A program made the translations under genes and the position numbers. This document shows, one piece after another, positions 37,966-50,822 of a stretch of 64,000 nucleotides of DNA. Under the pieces are notes generated by a model. It saw only the letters and a list, made by a program, of their open reading frames with translations. It did no database searches and was not told where the DNA came from. Every line of letters starts with the position of its first letter. Position 1 is the stretch's first letter. The DNA is from Yuukianura sp. NJ FZ-2021 (lineage: Eukaryota), in NCBI GenBank assembly GCA_046563655.1, contig CM102283.1:3906001-3970000 (forward strand), read 5' to 3'.

Positions 37966-39999
37966 ATGCTCAGAACCTACGGTATAATTCGATCCTTGGC
38001 CAATTGTCACCCGGCCCAAGGGATCCGACTCTGCTCCAGGCACTTACGCAGATCCTACTCTCTATTTACCCGGTAATTCTCTACTTTTTATCATCACCAC
38101 TCTCCTATTCTAACTCAGTCCTATTTTGTTTTAGAAATACTCTACTGAATATCAACGGAGGGACTCACCTGGAAGGTGGCAAGTATTCACAGCAGCTGAT
38201 CGGGGTGTCCAGGAGAGGTTATGCTACACTTCCAGAGCATGTACGGGTCAATCTTCCAGCACTCTCTCCCACTATGGAATCAGGAACAATCATTAGTTGG
38301 GAGAAAAAGGAAGGTAAGGTGGAAAGAACAACCTCAATTTAAAGTGAAATTCCAAGTTGAAACTTACTGATTTGATTTAGGTGACCAGTTGAACGAGGGA
38401 GATCTTTTAGCAGAGATTGAGACGGACAAGGCCACAATGGGATTCGAAACACCAGAGGAAGGCTACTTGGCAAAGATCCTCATTCCAGCAGGAACTAAGG
38501 ATATCAAGATAGGAAAGGTGATATTTAACTCTTACGATGTGCAGTAGACTAAGTTTAAAACGAATCCTGATTACTGTTCAGTTGGTGTGCATCATTGTGG
38601 AAAACGCTGAGGATGTTGCTGCATTCAAAGATTTTGTGGATGATGGTGCTACTACAGGAACGCCTGGTCCAGTTAAAGCTGCACCACCTCCACCTCCTGC
38701 CGCAGCACCAGTAGCCCCCAGCCCTTCCAAACCTCCGTCGCCAGCACCAGTACCAGCATCCTCTCCAGTACCTTCCGGAAGTAGAGTCTTTGCTTCTCCG
38801 TTGGCTCGATCATTGGCTGCTGAGAAGGGAATAGATCTCACGGTATAAGTTGATTCACAATGAAAGATATAAATACTTAAGTTTAGATACTTCCTAACTT
38901 ATGTTTTTGTGTGCAGACAATCGGAAAGGGGTCAGGGATGTTCGGGTCAATCAAGGCATCAGACTTAGAAGGAGTGTCAGCTACTAGTACGGCGAGAGCA
39001 GCAGCAGTAGCTTCCTCTGCTGACTTTGTGGACACTCCAATCTCCAACATCAGATCCGTCATAGCCAAGCGCCTCATCCAATCCAAACAGGTACCCGTTT
39101 CTGGAAAAAACTAATTTGTAAGCCTAAGCCTAAGTTGACTAACCTTTTGATTCCTTGCAGACGATTCCTCACTACTACTTGACATCAGAGATTGAGATGG
39201 ACACAGTGCTGGAGTTGCGGGAGCAGTTCAACACGCAGTTGAGCAAGGACAAGGTGAAGCTGTCCCTGAATGACTTTGTGATCAAGGCTGCAGCTATGGC
39301 GTGTCTCAAGACTCCGGAAGTCAACTCCTCCTGGATGGATACAGTGATTAGGCAGTGAGTAACGTCATTAGTCTCTTCCCAGGAGAGGAGGTGCAAGGAA
39401 AGTGATGGATTCCTGTAAAAACAATGATTGTGTGCAGGTACAATTCAGTGGACGTGAGTGTGGCTGTGAGCACTGACAGAGGACTCATTACTCCCATTGT
39501 GTTCGGAGCAGAGAAGAAGGGATTAGTGGAAATAAGTGCCACAGTCAAGGAACTGGCTGGCAGAGCACGAGCTGGCAAACTACAACCTCAAGAGTTTCAG
39601 GTAACTTCAATTACGATTACTTGGATTAATTAAGTACATTCATAATTGAATTGTTGATTTTAGGGAGGGACTTTCTCCGTATCCAACCTGGGCATGTATG
39701 GAATTCACCACTTTTCAGCAATAATCAACCCACCACAAGCATGTATTTTAGCACTAGGAGGAACAACTAAGAAAGTGGTCATTGCGGATAATGCCAAGGG
39801 GTAAGACCTACTTAAAGAGCAACTATTTCCCTCTATCGCTTCACACTGATCGTGGTTTTGGTTTTTTAGATACAAGAGTGTGACTGTCATGTATGCCACA
39901 TTGAGTTGTGATCATCGCGTAGTGGATGGAGCAGTTGGAGCCCAGTGGCTCTCCCATTTTAAATCTTTTCTCTCTAATCCCGCTGCCATCTTACTATAA
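37966..39999 (+). CDS. DLAT: Pyruvate dehydrogenase E2 (dihydrolipoamide acetyltransferase), mitochondrial, single lipoyl domain
   Basis: Arg-rich presequence; [11 protein letters not shown], lipoyl site [39 protein letters not shown]. Confidence 0.95.
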
Positions 40000-40272
40000 A
40001 AACTTCACCATCCAACTTTTTGATTTGTTCAGTCAAACTAAGAAACTTAGATTTATTAGAGCGCTCAAGAGGAACAACTCCACTCAAACAGAATTCATTT
40101 TTGATTGGACTGAGAGTTATTAGTCAACCAGTCAAAATAAATACGGTTCAAAATCAACAATTCCTATTTCCTCCAAAGAATCTATGCACAAAGCTATTCG
40201 TAGAGAAAGAATAACTGAAAACAAAAACGAAACCTTACCGAAGATGCCCATCAATCTGAGAACGCTGGACGA

Positions 40273-43200
40273 TTAGGTAGGAATTGGCAAATCCCGTGCA
40301 ACTGCAGTCAGGATTTCACTCGTCTTCATTTTCCAGTTCTTGATGTCCTTGCTCACTTTGCACCAAGCTTCTCCATGGTGTGGTTCTGCCATCTCACATC
40401 GCTTCATCACTTCCGCCTGATTCGCCTACAAACACATGCATAATATTAGATATATTATTATAATATTTTAAAATATTATTATAGTATAACAGTTAACATT
40501 ATAGTTTGTTACCTGTGTTCCGTGGATCAATTCAAACTTGTAAAAGTAAGCCCAAGCATCACCCAAGTCAGAATCAATTTTGAGTGTTCGGTTGAACCAC
40601 TCTCTACACTTGTTCATCTTCCGCTCGCACCAAAACAGTTTGGAAACTGCGAGGAGAACGTGAGCATCATGCTCACACTTACGCAGAGCATCCACTGACT
40701 TTGTCTTCCGCTGAGCCTTCGTCTCCATGAAAATGGCTTCTGCCCACAGGATTCCTGATGTTGGACACTCCTGAAGTGCTTTGGCCAAAAGTGTTCCAGC
40801 AATATCATCTTTGGCAGTACTCGCCTTCCTTTCAATCCGAATAGACTCCAGCCAAAGAACATCACTCTGAGGATTCCTGAGTCTCGCTTTGTCCATGACT
40901 GATCGGCACTTGATCAGTTGTTCTCTCCGTTCTTCAATGCGAGCCAGCAGAAGCCAGAGTGGAATTGAGGAGGGACACTTCTTAGTCCCCTCGTGGTAGG
41001 CAGCTCTCGCTTCTTCCCAGTTCCCTTGCTCATCCTTGATCTGCCCTTTCATCATCCACAACTTGGGATTGTCACTGTAAGTCTTCAATCCTTCCTCCAC
41101 TAAAACAAGTGCTTGCTCAAGGTCGTTCAAAGCCCATTCCAGCTTCACACTCTTGATTATCACTCTGTAAATAACAAATTCAAAATAAAATTAAACAAAA
41201 TTCAATTTCGAAAAAATTAATAAAGTTTTTGATTTTTGATTTAAGTTACCTTGCTGTTGGAGCAGAGGCTCGAGCTCTAGCTAGCAACTTCCGTGCTCTT
41301 TCGTGTTCGTTATTTTCAGACTCCAGTTTCACTGCAGCCAACCAAATCTCTTCTGAATTCGGATTAGCTTGAAAAGCCAGTGAAAGAATACTTCGAGCTG
41401 CTGGGACGTCTCCCTACAATCAAGATTTCAAATCATCAGAAAACAATTTCACAAAACTGTAAAAGTTGAACTACTTACAGCTAGCCACTTGGATTTTGCT
41501 CCCATAAGCCAGAGAACTTCTGCCTTGGGGCAATTGGAGACTGCCTTCTGCAGAAGATTCTCCAAACTGTCTCTGTCTCCATGCTGCTTCTCAAAATATG
41601 CTGCTTGTTTCCAAATGCTCTTCTTGGATGGGAAAATCGTCAACGCATGAGAGAAAACTGCACGGGCACATTCCAAAGCTCCCTGGATATCAAAATAACA
41701 AGAAATACTAATAATAATAAATAAACTATACATAATAATAAGTAAGAAATTGTACCTTGGCAGCACAGTTCTCAGCATCTTCCATCCACGTCTCCTTGCG
41801 TTCTTCGTCTTCCAGTCCATGTCCAATCATCGCCTTCACAATTGCTCTGCAAGTGAGGACTGACTTGGCCTTGTCACACTCGATGGCATCCTCCAGCCAC
41901 TGATCTCGTGTCAGCTCAACCCCGTTGGCCGTCAGCGAACTAATGGCTCTCTCCACAATCTTGTCAACCATGTGGATGTTCCCATTCGCCTCCTCCAACT
42001 TAGCAGCAGTTATCCAAATGAGCCGGTCCGTTGGGATGTTCTGACGAGCCTTGTTCAAAACTTTTCTCGCATTTTCATAAGTCTCCAACCTACATTTCAA
42101 AAAACGAGGTTAGTTTAACTTTGCTCACTTTCAAAATTAAGAAAACAAAACATACGAAGAAGAAGATAAGACTAAACTGACCTTGCTAGAGCCAGCCAAA
42201 GCTCGACACTTGTGGGACAGCATTCGACAGCTCTGCCGAGCAAGATTCTGGCGTCATCCGGAGTTTCCAGTTCCACGGCAGCCTTCCAGAGTCTCACACT
42301 GTTCGGAATGTGTTCCAGTGCTTTGCGATAAACTTTCCTCTTGGCCTTCGCTTCCACTTCCAAATCAGCTGCTCTTGCCCAAATACGCACAGACGTAGGA
42401 ATATGCTTAACAGCTTGAGCGATGATACTTTTGGATACTTCGGGTGGCTGGAGTCGAGCTGCTTCCAACCACAAGTCTTCTGAGTTGGGATTAACTTCAC
42501 ACCCCTTCATAATCAAGTTTCTGGCTGCCTGCACTTTTCCTGTAACTTCTTCAAGTCGAGCTGAAGCGATCCAAGCAGGTGGGTGATTCGGATTAGTTTC
42601 GCGAACAGACTTCAGCAGGAGCCGAGCCTTCTTGATGTCACTGGAAAAAAGAAACAAAAATCATCGTAGCTTCCAGTTTTAAGAACAGTGTTTGTCTGGT
42701 TTGACTTACTTGATGTCACCACCATAAGTTGGAATCATAGACTGAAGATCAGTTAGGTATCCCTTGGGGTCCACCACAGTTTGTCCAGTTACTGAATCCG
42801 AGATTTGACTCAGCTTTACATTCATGAGTGTGTTCCTGGCCTGTCCAATCTTTCGTAAATCAAGCTCTCCAGCTGGAGTACTCACACCTAACAATTAAAA
42901 AAGAAACACTTTTATAATCACTTGTTAAAAACTCTACATGTTATAAACCTAAAAAAGTAAAAAAGTAGATCATTACCGGGAAAAGCAGAGGCGAGTCCTG
43001 ATGAAGGGTCGATTGTTGTCACAGAATCACCAGCCAAATTCCGAGCCAGCACTGAGTCGGGCAGTGGAGTGAACCTAATTCAGAATTATAACAAAAAAAA
43101 ATCCTGTGAGTAAGTGTCTCATTCATGTTTCACAGTTGTGTAACATTTAGATGATAGTTTAGGGGTAGGATTGGTTACTTTTCCGTTCTAGGATTCCGTT

Positions 43201-44027
43201 GCTTCTTGTTCCTGGCATCCCCAACTTCCGGAATACTGTTCCATTCATCTTCGCTTACAGAAGACAGAGCTCTCCGGAGATCGCTGAACTGTTGTTGGAT
43301 TTTAGGACGCTCCTGTCTGTATCTCTCCAAAACAACTACAAACAGAACGCATAACTTAAAACTGTTGCAAGTGAACATAAACAAACTTAATAAAAATCCT
43401 GTTGGAACTTCCACCAACTTGGAAGAAAGTTTCTTCAAGAAACCTTACCTTTGAGTTTCTTCTCACGATAATCCTTCCGTTTCTCGTCCATTCGTTGATC
43501 AATCTGTTCGTAAATCTGGTCTGCCTCTTCGTCGTCTTTGTCATATGGATCCTTGCTGAACAACGAACCTCCATAACCAGAGAACTATCAATCCAAAACA
43601 AAGGTCACACTAAGTTTTAAGTTAACTGTAATAACAGGTATATAACACAAAGGAATAGCTGTGTTCCATGCTTACCTCGTCGTAGTTGGAATCGTTCAAA
43701 TCCTCATCTTCTTCCTCTGCCTTCTCCTCCTCTTCTTTCCCAGTTGGTTTCTTACGTTTGTTCGGTGGAGCATGACGATCATCTGACACATCTGTCGCAT
43801 CTCTGGCTGGACCAATGTCTGATCGTGTCGTGAATCCAGTTGCACTGTTTACAACGTAAAAGTCATAGTTATTAGCTACTAATAAAGGCACTAACCAATT
43901 ACTACAGATCGTTTGTGGAACGTTACCCTCTTCCCACACCAGCAACATAGCCGGCAGGAGCTGCTGTGCCAATGAAGTGCTTCTTGGGTTTAGACACTGG
44001 AGCAACAGGAATCGCTGGCACTGACAT
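40273..44027 (-). CDS. PRPF6: Pre-mRNA processing factor 6 (U5-102K), multi-exon
   Basis: [65 protein letters not shown] repeats, [22 protein letters not shown]. Confidence 0.96.
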
Positions 44028-44481
44028 CTTGACCTCACACTAATAATGGACGTGTCACTTCCGAACAAACTTAACAGTTGTCCTACAAAACACAAAAGTA
44101 AACACAATTCACTTCGTCTGATGATGAATTTATCGAAAACGAAAATAAATCAAAATTGAATCCGGAGACCGGGAATTGTAAAATTGGAAATTTGAAATCC
44201 CCGCCCCATCACTTTTCTCCTTCCGCAGAAGCAAGGGGCAGAGTGAGACAGAAAAAAAAAGACTCTGCCTCTTCACCCAACGCGGCGTATATGGGCAAAT
44301 GTCAAAAAATAATTATCTCATTCATCATTTGACTTCAAGTTATAAAATTATTTAAAAAATTACTATACAATTTTTGGTAAAAGAAAATTATTAAAATTCA
44401 TGTTTAATAATTTGAAGTCAAATCATGAGTAAACCGCTTTAAGATTTAATGTAAAGAGACTATAAAAGTGTGGGTTGAGTA

Positions 44482-45599
44482 TTAAAGTCTTGAGGGAGCC
44501 CCTCCAGCCACCACATAATTTTCTCCAGTGATGTATGCTGCATCATCAGAACACAGAAAAGTGACTAACCCTGCAATGTCCTCCGGAGTTCCGAATCTAT
44601 GAAGCGGAAGGTGATCCAGCATATAGTGTGCCAGTTCCTCAGATGTAGTTAGCTAAGGGACCACATAACAATCAAACACAAATCACACTGCAATCGAAAC
44701 ATTTTGCTAGATTAGAGACTTAATCTTACCACGTCACTGAACCTAGTCTTGATGATACCAGGACAAACACAATTGACACGAATGTTGTGAGGACCCAGTT
44801 CTTGAGCAAGTACCTTCGTCAGTCCAAGAAGGGCTGTCTTACTCACACCGTAGGCTCCTAGACCCTTAAAAACACGATTTACTTTGGTTTTTGATCTTGT
44901 CAAGAGGATGTTTCAACTGACCTTGAGAGGCTGGAAGGCAACAACGGTGGAAATGTATGTGATACTCCCACCTTTTCGATTGAGTAAATGTGGATACACT
45001 TCTTGAGAGAGCAGAAAAGCAGCTTTCACATTCAAGTCAAATATTTTGTCCCAAGCAGCTTCAGGACACTAAACAAACAACAAGTCAGTTAGGATAAAAT
45101 ACGAAGATGGTCAGTTTGTTGTGATCCAGATAAGTTACCTCTATTGCAGGTCCGACGTGTGGATTAACAGCAGCATTGGAAACTAGCATGTCAATCCCTC
45201 CAAAAGTGTCGATAGTTTTTTGAATCATTTGAGTTCTGTCTTCCTTATGTGCTGCATGACACTGGATACCCGCAAACTGATCCTTTGGAATTCCAGCCTT
45301 TGAGAGCGTCTCCAGAGCTTCCTGGACGTGGGCTGGTTTGCGACTGCTGATCATAACTTTAGCACCTTCTCCAAGCAGTCGCCGTGCAACAGCAAGCCCA
45401 ATTCTGCAAATTAAAAATCAAACTGTCACCCTTAGAAGACAAACTTGAAGTAAATGAAGAATTTGAAATGAATTTGTACTCGCCCACTTGTGGATGCTGT
45501 GACAATTGCAACTTTTCCATTGAATTTGGAACTTGGAGACGCAGCAGTTGACCCAAGTCTTCTTGCGAGTAGTAGGCCAGAGCTCCGTCCCTTTAACAT
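44482..45599 (-). CDS. DHRS4: Dehydrogenase/reductase SDR family member 4-like, copy A
   Basis: [56 protein letters not shown] (PTS1). Confidence 0.9.
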
Positions 45600-45935
45600 G
45601 GTTCACTTTTCACTTAGTTGCTTAAAAAGAAACTGAACTCTAGACATTGAAGGTCGAGTGATGTTAAGATGAACTCATCTAGATAGATAAGCATTTTGGT
45701 AAGCTTAAGCTCCTTCTCAAGTTTGGCTTGTAAACAAACTATGACGCAGCACCAGAGTCCGACGAGTCAGAGGATTAGCATACTCCAGATGAGTGACGTG
45801 AGTATCGTGAACAGTAGCCAACCATAATCCTAACGTCCATCCAACTCTCTAAATTAATCAGAATAAATAGCATGTAAATAAACGAATTAACTTCTCAAAT
45901 GATTTAATGTAAAGAGACATTTAGAAAACTGTGTG

Positions 45936-47014
45936 TTAAAGTCTTGAGGGAGCCCCTCCAGCCACCACATAATTTTCCCCAGTGATATACGCCGCATCAT
46001 CCGAACATAGAAAAGAGACTAACCCTGCGACGTCGTCGGGAGTTCCGAATCTGCCGAGAGGAATCTGTTCCAGTGCTTTCTCTGCCAGTTGCTCAGATCC
46101 AGTTAGCTAAACAACCACAAAATCAACACAATCACATCTAAACATTTTTGTTAGGTAAAAGAGTTTATCTTACCGCCTCACTGAACCTTGTCTTGATGAT
46201 ACCAGGACAAACACTATTGACACGAATGTTATCAGGACCCAATCCTTGAGCCAGTACTTTCGTGAGTCCTAGAAGGGCTGTCTTGCTCACACAGTAGGCT
46301 CCTAGGCCCTTAAACACAAAAAACACAGGATTATTTTACATTCTGATTTGATGAATGTATTTCAACTGACCTCAAATGGCTGGAAACCACCAATGGAGGA
46401 AATGTAGGTGATGCTCCCACCTTTCCGGTTGAGTAAATGTGGATACACCTCTTGGGAGAGCAGAAAAGCAGCCTTCACATTCGTCTCAAATATTTTGTCC
46501 CACGCAGCTTCAGAACACTAAAACAAACAATTTAGTTTTTACTAAAATCTTTATAAGTTTCTACTGATTCGTACCTCTATTGCAGGTCCCATGTGTGGAT
46601 TGGCAGCAGCATTGGAAACCAGAATGTCAATCCCTCCAAAACTCTGTATAGTTTTTTGAATCATCCTAGTTCTGTCTTCCTTACTTGCCACATGACACTG
46701 AATACCCCCAAACTGATCCTTCGGAATTCCACTTTTTGAGAGTGCGGCCAGAGCTTTATCGACGTTGGCCGGTTTCCGACTGCTGATCATAACTTTAGCT
46801 CCATCTCCAAGCAGTCGTCGTGCTATGGCAAGCCCGATTCTGCAAATTAAAAATAAAAGTGTCACCGTTAAAAAATAATAAAGAATGTGAAAATAATTTG
46901 TACTTACCCATCGGTGGATGCAGTGACAATTGCAACTTTTCCACTCAACTTGGAAGTAGCAGTTGATCCAAGTCTTCTTGCGAGTAGTAGCAAAGGGCGC
47001 CTTCCGTTTAACAT
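45936..47014 (-). CDS. DHRS4: Dehydrogenase/reductase SDR family member 4-like, copy B
   Basis: [46 protein letters not shown]-stop; same intron positions as copy A. Confidence 0.92.
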
Positions 47015-47470
47015 GGTTCAAATAGGAACTGAACTGACGATACTGAAGGACGGATGATGTCAAGAAAATAAGTAGATAAGTATTTTGATAAGTTCTTCAA
47101 GTTTGGTCTTTGATGCGTAAACAAAAGCATCAGACTGCAGAATCCGACAAGTCAGTGGATTCGTCACCAGAAGTCATATGTGCCTGAGCGGGATATTAGC
47201 ATGAACGCCAACCAATCCTTACAAGTACAACCCTGTAAATTAATAAGAATAATAATAAATGTATAATGTAGTAACTGGAAATAGAATAAGGATTTCTCAA
47301 TTGATTTAATTAGCTTCAGCCATGTTAATAGTTCTACATATTACTAAACATGTTTACCATGCATTTAGTATTAAATTCACACCTTCGAATGATTTGTTGA
47401 GACGAAGCATCTATGGACACTATTACTTATACATGGATTAATCGTTGATTTGTAGCAGTCTGCTTGGATC

Positions 47471-47845
47471 TTAGGTGGCCTTTGCCAGGGATTCAATGGG
47501 TTTCCCCACCTCTTGCTGACTTTTGTTTGCAAGAACTATGCTGTTCTCCCTCCCTTGACCTGAATCACACATTTTCAAATCAGTACAGCAGCATCACAGA
47601 ACTCTATCAATTACTTGATATAATTACTTCCCTTACCGTATCTCGCATAAACTTTGGGCTGAACATTGGAGCACTCGCGAACCAAGATAGGGAATGTCGG
47701 ATTCGCCTGCTTCGTAGAACGTACTGCGACTCTATCCACTCCCTGTTTCCATAAAACAACACTTCAACACATGACCTAAGCTAATCCATTAATTAACTGT
47801 CATTAGCTTATTCTACGAAAAGTAAAAACAAGAACTCACCGAACA
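47471..47845 (-). pseudogene. Partial NDUFA2 duplicate (exons 2-3, introns and 3' flank) with a frameshift
   Basis: 47271-47850 is a near-identical direct copy of 52240-52827; nearly all of exon 1 is absent; 1-bp deletion near 47716 (cgtagaac vs ggtaggaac). Confidence 0.82.
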
Positions 47846-48249
47846 ACCTTCAACTGTAGTCAGTCCTAACCTTCACCTTCTTTCCGGAAGTTGGGCACTG
47901 CTTCACTGTCAGGCTACCTCATCGCATCTTCCCTTCCGCAACTGCACCTCTTCCCAATACTCTTCGCAGCACCTTCAGTAGTGTGGGTGGCAGGAACTCA
48001 GCCTCACTATTTTTAGCTCAGCCGTAGGGACTAGTCGGACGCAGTATTGGGGAGGGGGGAAAACTTCAAAATGACCAAATCCGAAACGAAAAAAGCCACT
48101 AAAATATCCACGACAAAAATTTCGATGGCAAAAAGGTCGACCCAAAAAACAATTAGAATTATTCCATAGAAAGCTCGAACATTTATATTCAGAAAATGAC
48201 CAAATATCACAAACGAAAAAAAGTCCGTCACTTAAATATCCACAAACTA

Positions 48250-48748
48250 AATAATAAACTTTTTAAAAAATTTGTCTCTGAATGCGAATTTACACCTTAA
48301 CAGAGAATAATAAACTTTTTAAAAAATTTGTCTCTGAATGCGAATTTATGCCTTAACAGAGAATAATAAATTTTTTAAAAAATTTGTCTCTGAATGCGAA
48401 TTTATGCCTTAACAGAGAATAATAAATTATTTAAAAAATTTGTCTCTGAATGCGAATTTATGCCTTAACAGAGAATAATAAATTATTTAAAAAATTTGTC
48501 TCTGAATGCGAATTTATGCCTTAACAGAGAATAATAAATTTTTTAAAAAATTTGTCTCTGAATGCGAATTTATGCCTTAACAGAGAATAATAAATTTTTT
48601 AAAAAATTTGTCTCTGAATGCGAATTTATGCCTTAACAGAGAATAATAAATTATTTAAAAAATTTGTCTCTGAATGCGAATTTATGCCTTAACAGAGAAT
48701 AATAAATTCTTTAAAAAATTTCTCTCTGAATGTAAATTTATACCTTTA
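48250..48748. repeat. Tandem array 1: 56-bp unit, ~9 copies
   Basis: Unit aataataaattttttaaaaaatttgtctctgaatgcgaatttatgccttaacagag; cagag recurs at 48301, 48357, 48413. Confidence 0.95.
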
Positions 48749-48749
48749 A

Positions 48750-50490
48750 GGACTCGAAGCTTAGAACTAAAAATCTAATCGTTAAAAAGAAAGAAAATTG
48801 CGAAATGTTTGAAGCGTAGAACTAAGAATTTAATGGTTAAAAAGATAGAAAGTTGCGAAGGATTCGAAGCTCAGAACCAAGAATTTAGTGGTTAAAAAGA
48901 TAGAAAGTGGCGAAAGATGCGAAGCTTAGAACTACGAATTTAATGGTTAAAGAGATAGAAAGTGGCGAAAGATGCGAAGCTTAGAACTACGAATTTAATG
49001 GTTAAAGAGATAGAAAGTGGCGAAGGATTCGAAGCTTAGAACTAAGAATTTAATGGTTAAAAAGATAGAAAGTGGCGAAGGATTCGAAGCTTAGAACTAA
49101 GAATTTAATGGTTAAAAAGATAGAAAGTGGCGAAGGATTCGAAGCTTAGAACTAAGAATAATAAATTCTTTAAAAAGATAGAAAGTGCTTAAGCTTAGAA
49201 CTAAGAATTTAATGGTTAAAAAGATAGAAAGTGGCGAAGGATTCGAAGCTTAGAACTAAGAATTTAATGGTTAAAAAGATAGAAAGTGGCGAAGGATTCG
49301 AAGCTTAGAACTAAGAATTTAATGGTTAAAAAGATAGAAAGTGGCGAAGGATTCGAAGCTTAGAACTAAGAATTTAATGGTTAAAAAGATAGAAAGTGGC
49401 GAAGGATTCGAAGCTTAGAACTAAGAATTTAATGGTTAAAAAGATAGAAAGTGGCGAAGGATTCGAAGCTTAGAACTAAGAATTTAATGGTTAAAAAGAT
49501 AGAAAGTGGCGAAGGATTCGAAGCTTAGAACTAAGAATTTAATGGTTAAAAAGATAGAAAGTGGCGAAGGATTCGAAGCTTAGAACTAAGAATTTAATGG
49601 TTAAAAAGATAGAAAGTGGCGAAGGATTCGAAGCTTAGAACTAAGAATTTAATGGTTAAAAAGATAGAAAGTGGCGAAGGATTCGAAGCTTAGAACTAAG
49701 AATTTAATGGTTAAAAAGATAGAAAGTGGCGAAGGATTCGAAGCTTAGAACTAAGAATTTAATGGTTAAAAAGATAGAAAGTGGCGAAGGATTCGAAGCT
49801 TAGAACTAAGAATTTAATGGTTAAAAAGATAGAAAGTGGCGAAGGATTCGAAGCTTAGAACTAAGAATTTAATGGTTAAAAAGATAGAAAGTGGCGAAGG
49901 ATTCGAAGCTTAGAACTAAGAATTTAATGGTTAAAAAGATAGAAAGTGGCGAAGGATTCGAAGCTTAGAACTAAGAATTTAATGGTTAAAAAGATAGAAA
50001 GTGGCGAAGGATTCGAAGCTTAGAACTAAGAATTTAATGGTTAAAAAGATAGAAAGTGGCGAAGGATTCGAAGCTTAGAACTAAGAATTTAATGGTTAAA
50101 AAGATAGAAAGTGGCGAAGGATTCGAAGCTTAGAACTAAGAATTTAATGGTTAAAAAGATAGAAAGTGGCGAAGGATTCGAAGCTTAGAACTAACAATTT
50201 AATGGTTAAAAAGATAGAAAGTTGCGAAGGATTCAAAGCTTAGAACTAACAATTTAATGGTTAAAAAGATAGAAAGTTGCGAAGGATTCAAAGCTTAGAA
50301 CTAGGAATTTAATGGTTAAAGAGATAGAAAGTGGCGAAGGATTCGAAGCTTAGAACTAAGAATTTAATGGTTAAAAGGATAGCAAGTTGCGAAGGATTGA
50401 AGCTTAAAAGTAAGGATTAAATATTTGAAAAGATAAAAACTTGCGAATGAATCGAAGCCTAGAAATAAGGATTAAATATTTGAAAGGATA
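48750..50490. repeat. Tandem array 2: 55-bp unit, ~31 copies, homogeneous centre and diverged edges
   Basis: Unit gaagcttagaactaagaatttaatggttaaaaagatagaaagtggcgaaggattc; aatgg recurs at 49321 and 49376. Confidence 0.96.
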
Positions 50491-50822
50491 GAACTTTTAA
50501 AATCCCACACTAAAAATACAAAAAGCAACGTTTGAGAAATAATTTAAAATTTAAAAAAAAGTTTTCCTAGAGAAAAGTTGTTCTTAAAAGAACTTTTTAA
50601 ATCCCTCACTAAAAATTCAAAAAGCAACGTGTGTGAAGTAATTTAAAATTTAAAAAAAAAAGGTTTTCTAGAGAAAAGTTGTTTTTCAAAGAACTTTTAA
50701 AATCCCCCACTAAAAATTCAAAAAGCAACGTTTGAGAAGTAATTTAAATTTTTTTTTTAAAGAAGTGTTTCTAGAGAAAAGTTGTTTTTAAAAGAACTTT
50801 TTAAATCCCCTAAAAATTCAAA
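50490..50822. repeat. Tandem array 3: ~100-bp unit, ~3.3 copies
   Basis: gaactttt(t)aaatccc...aaaagcaacg...ctagagaaaagttg recurs at ~50490, 50590, 50691 and 50794. Confidence 0.88.

Noticed and set aside
38240-38520. Single lipoyl domain in DLAT as a novelty
   Set aside because: One-lipoyl E2 proteins are common in invertebrates and fungi
47464-47754. Plus-strand ORFs at 47464 and 52496 that look like a paralogous pair
   Set aside because: They are antisense shadows of NDUFA2 and its duplicate
48250-50490. CRISPR-like array
   Set aside because: Units are head-to-tail copies with no unique spacers, there are no cas genes, and the context is eukaryotic; this is satellite DNA
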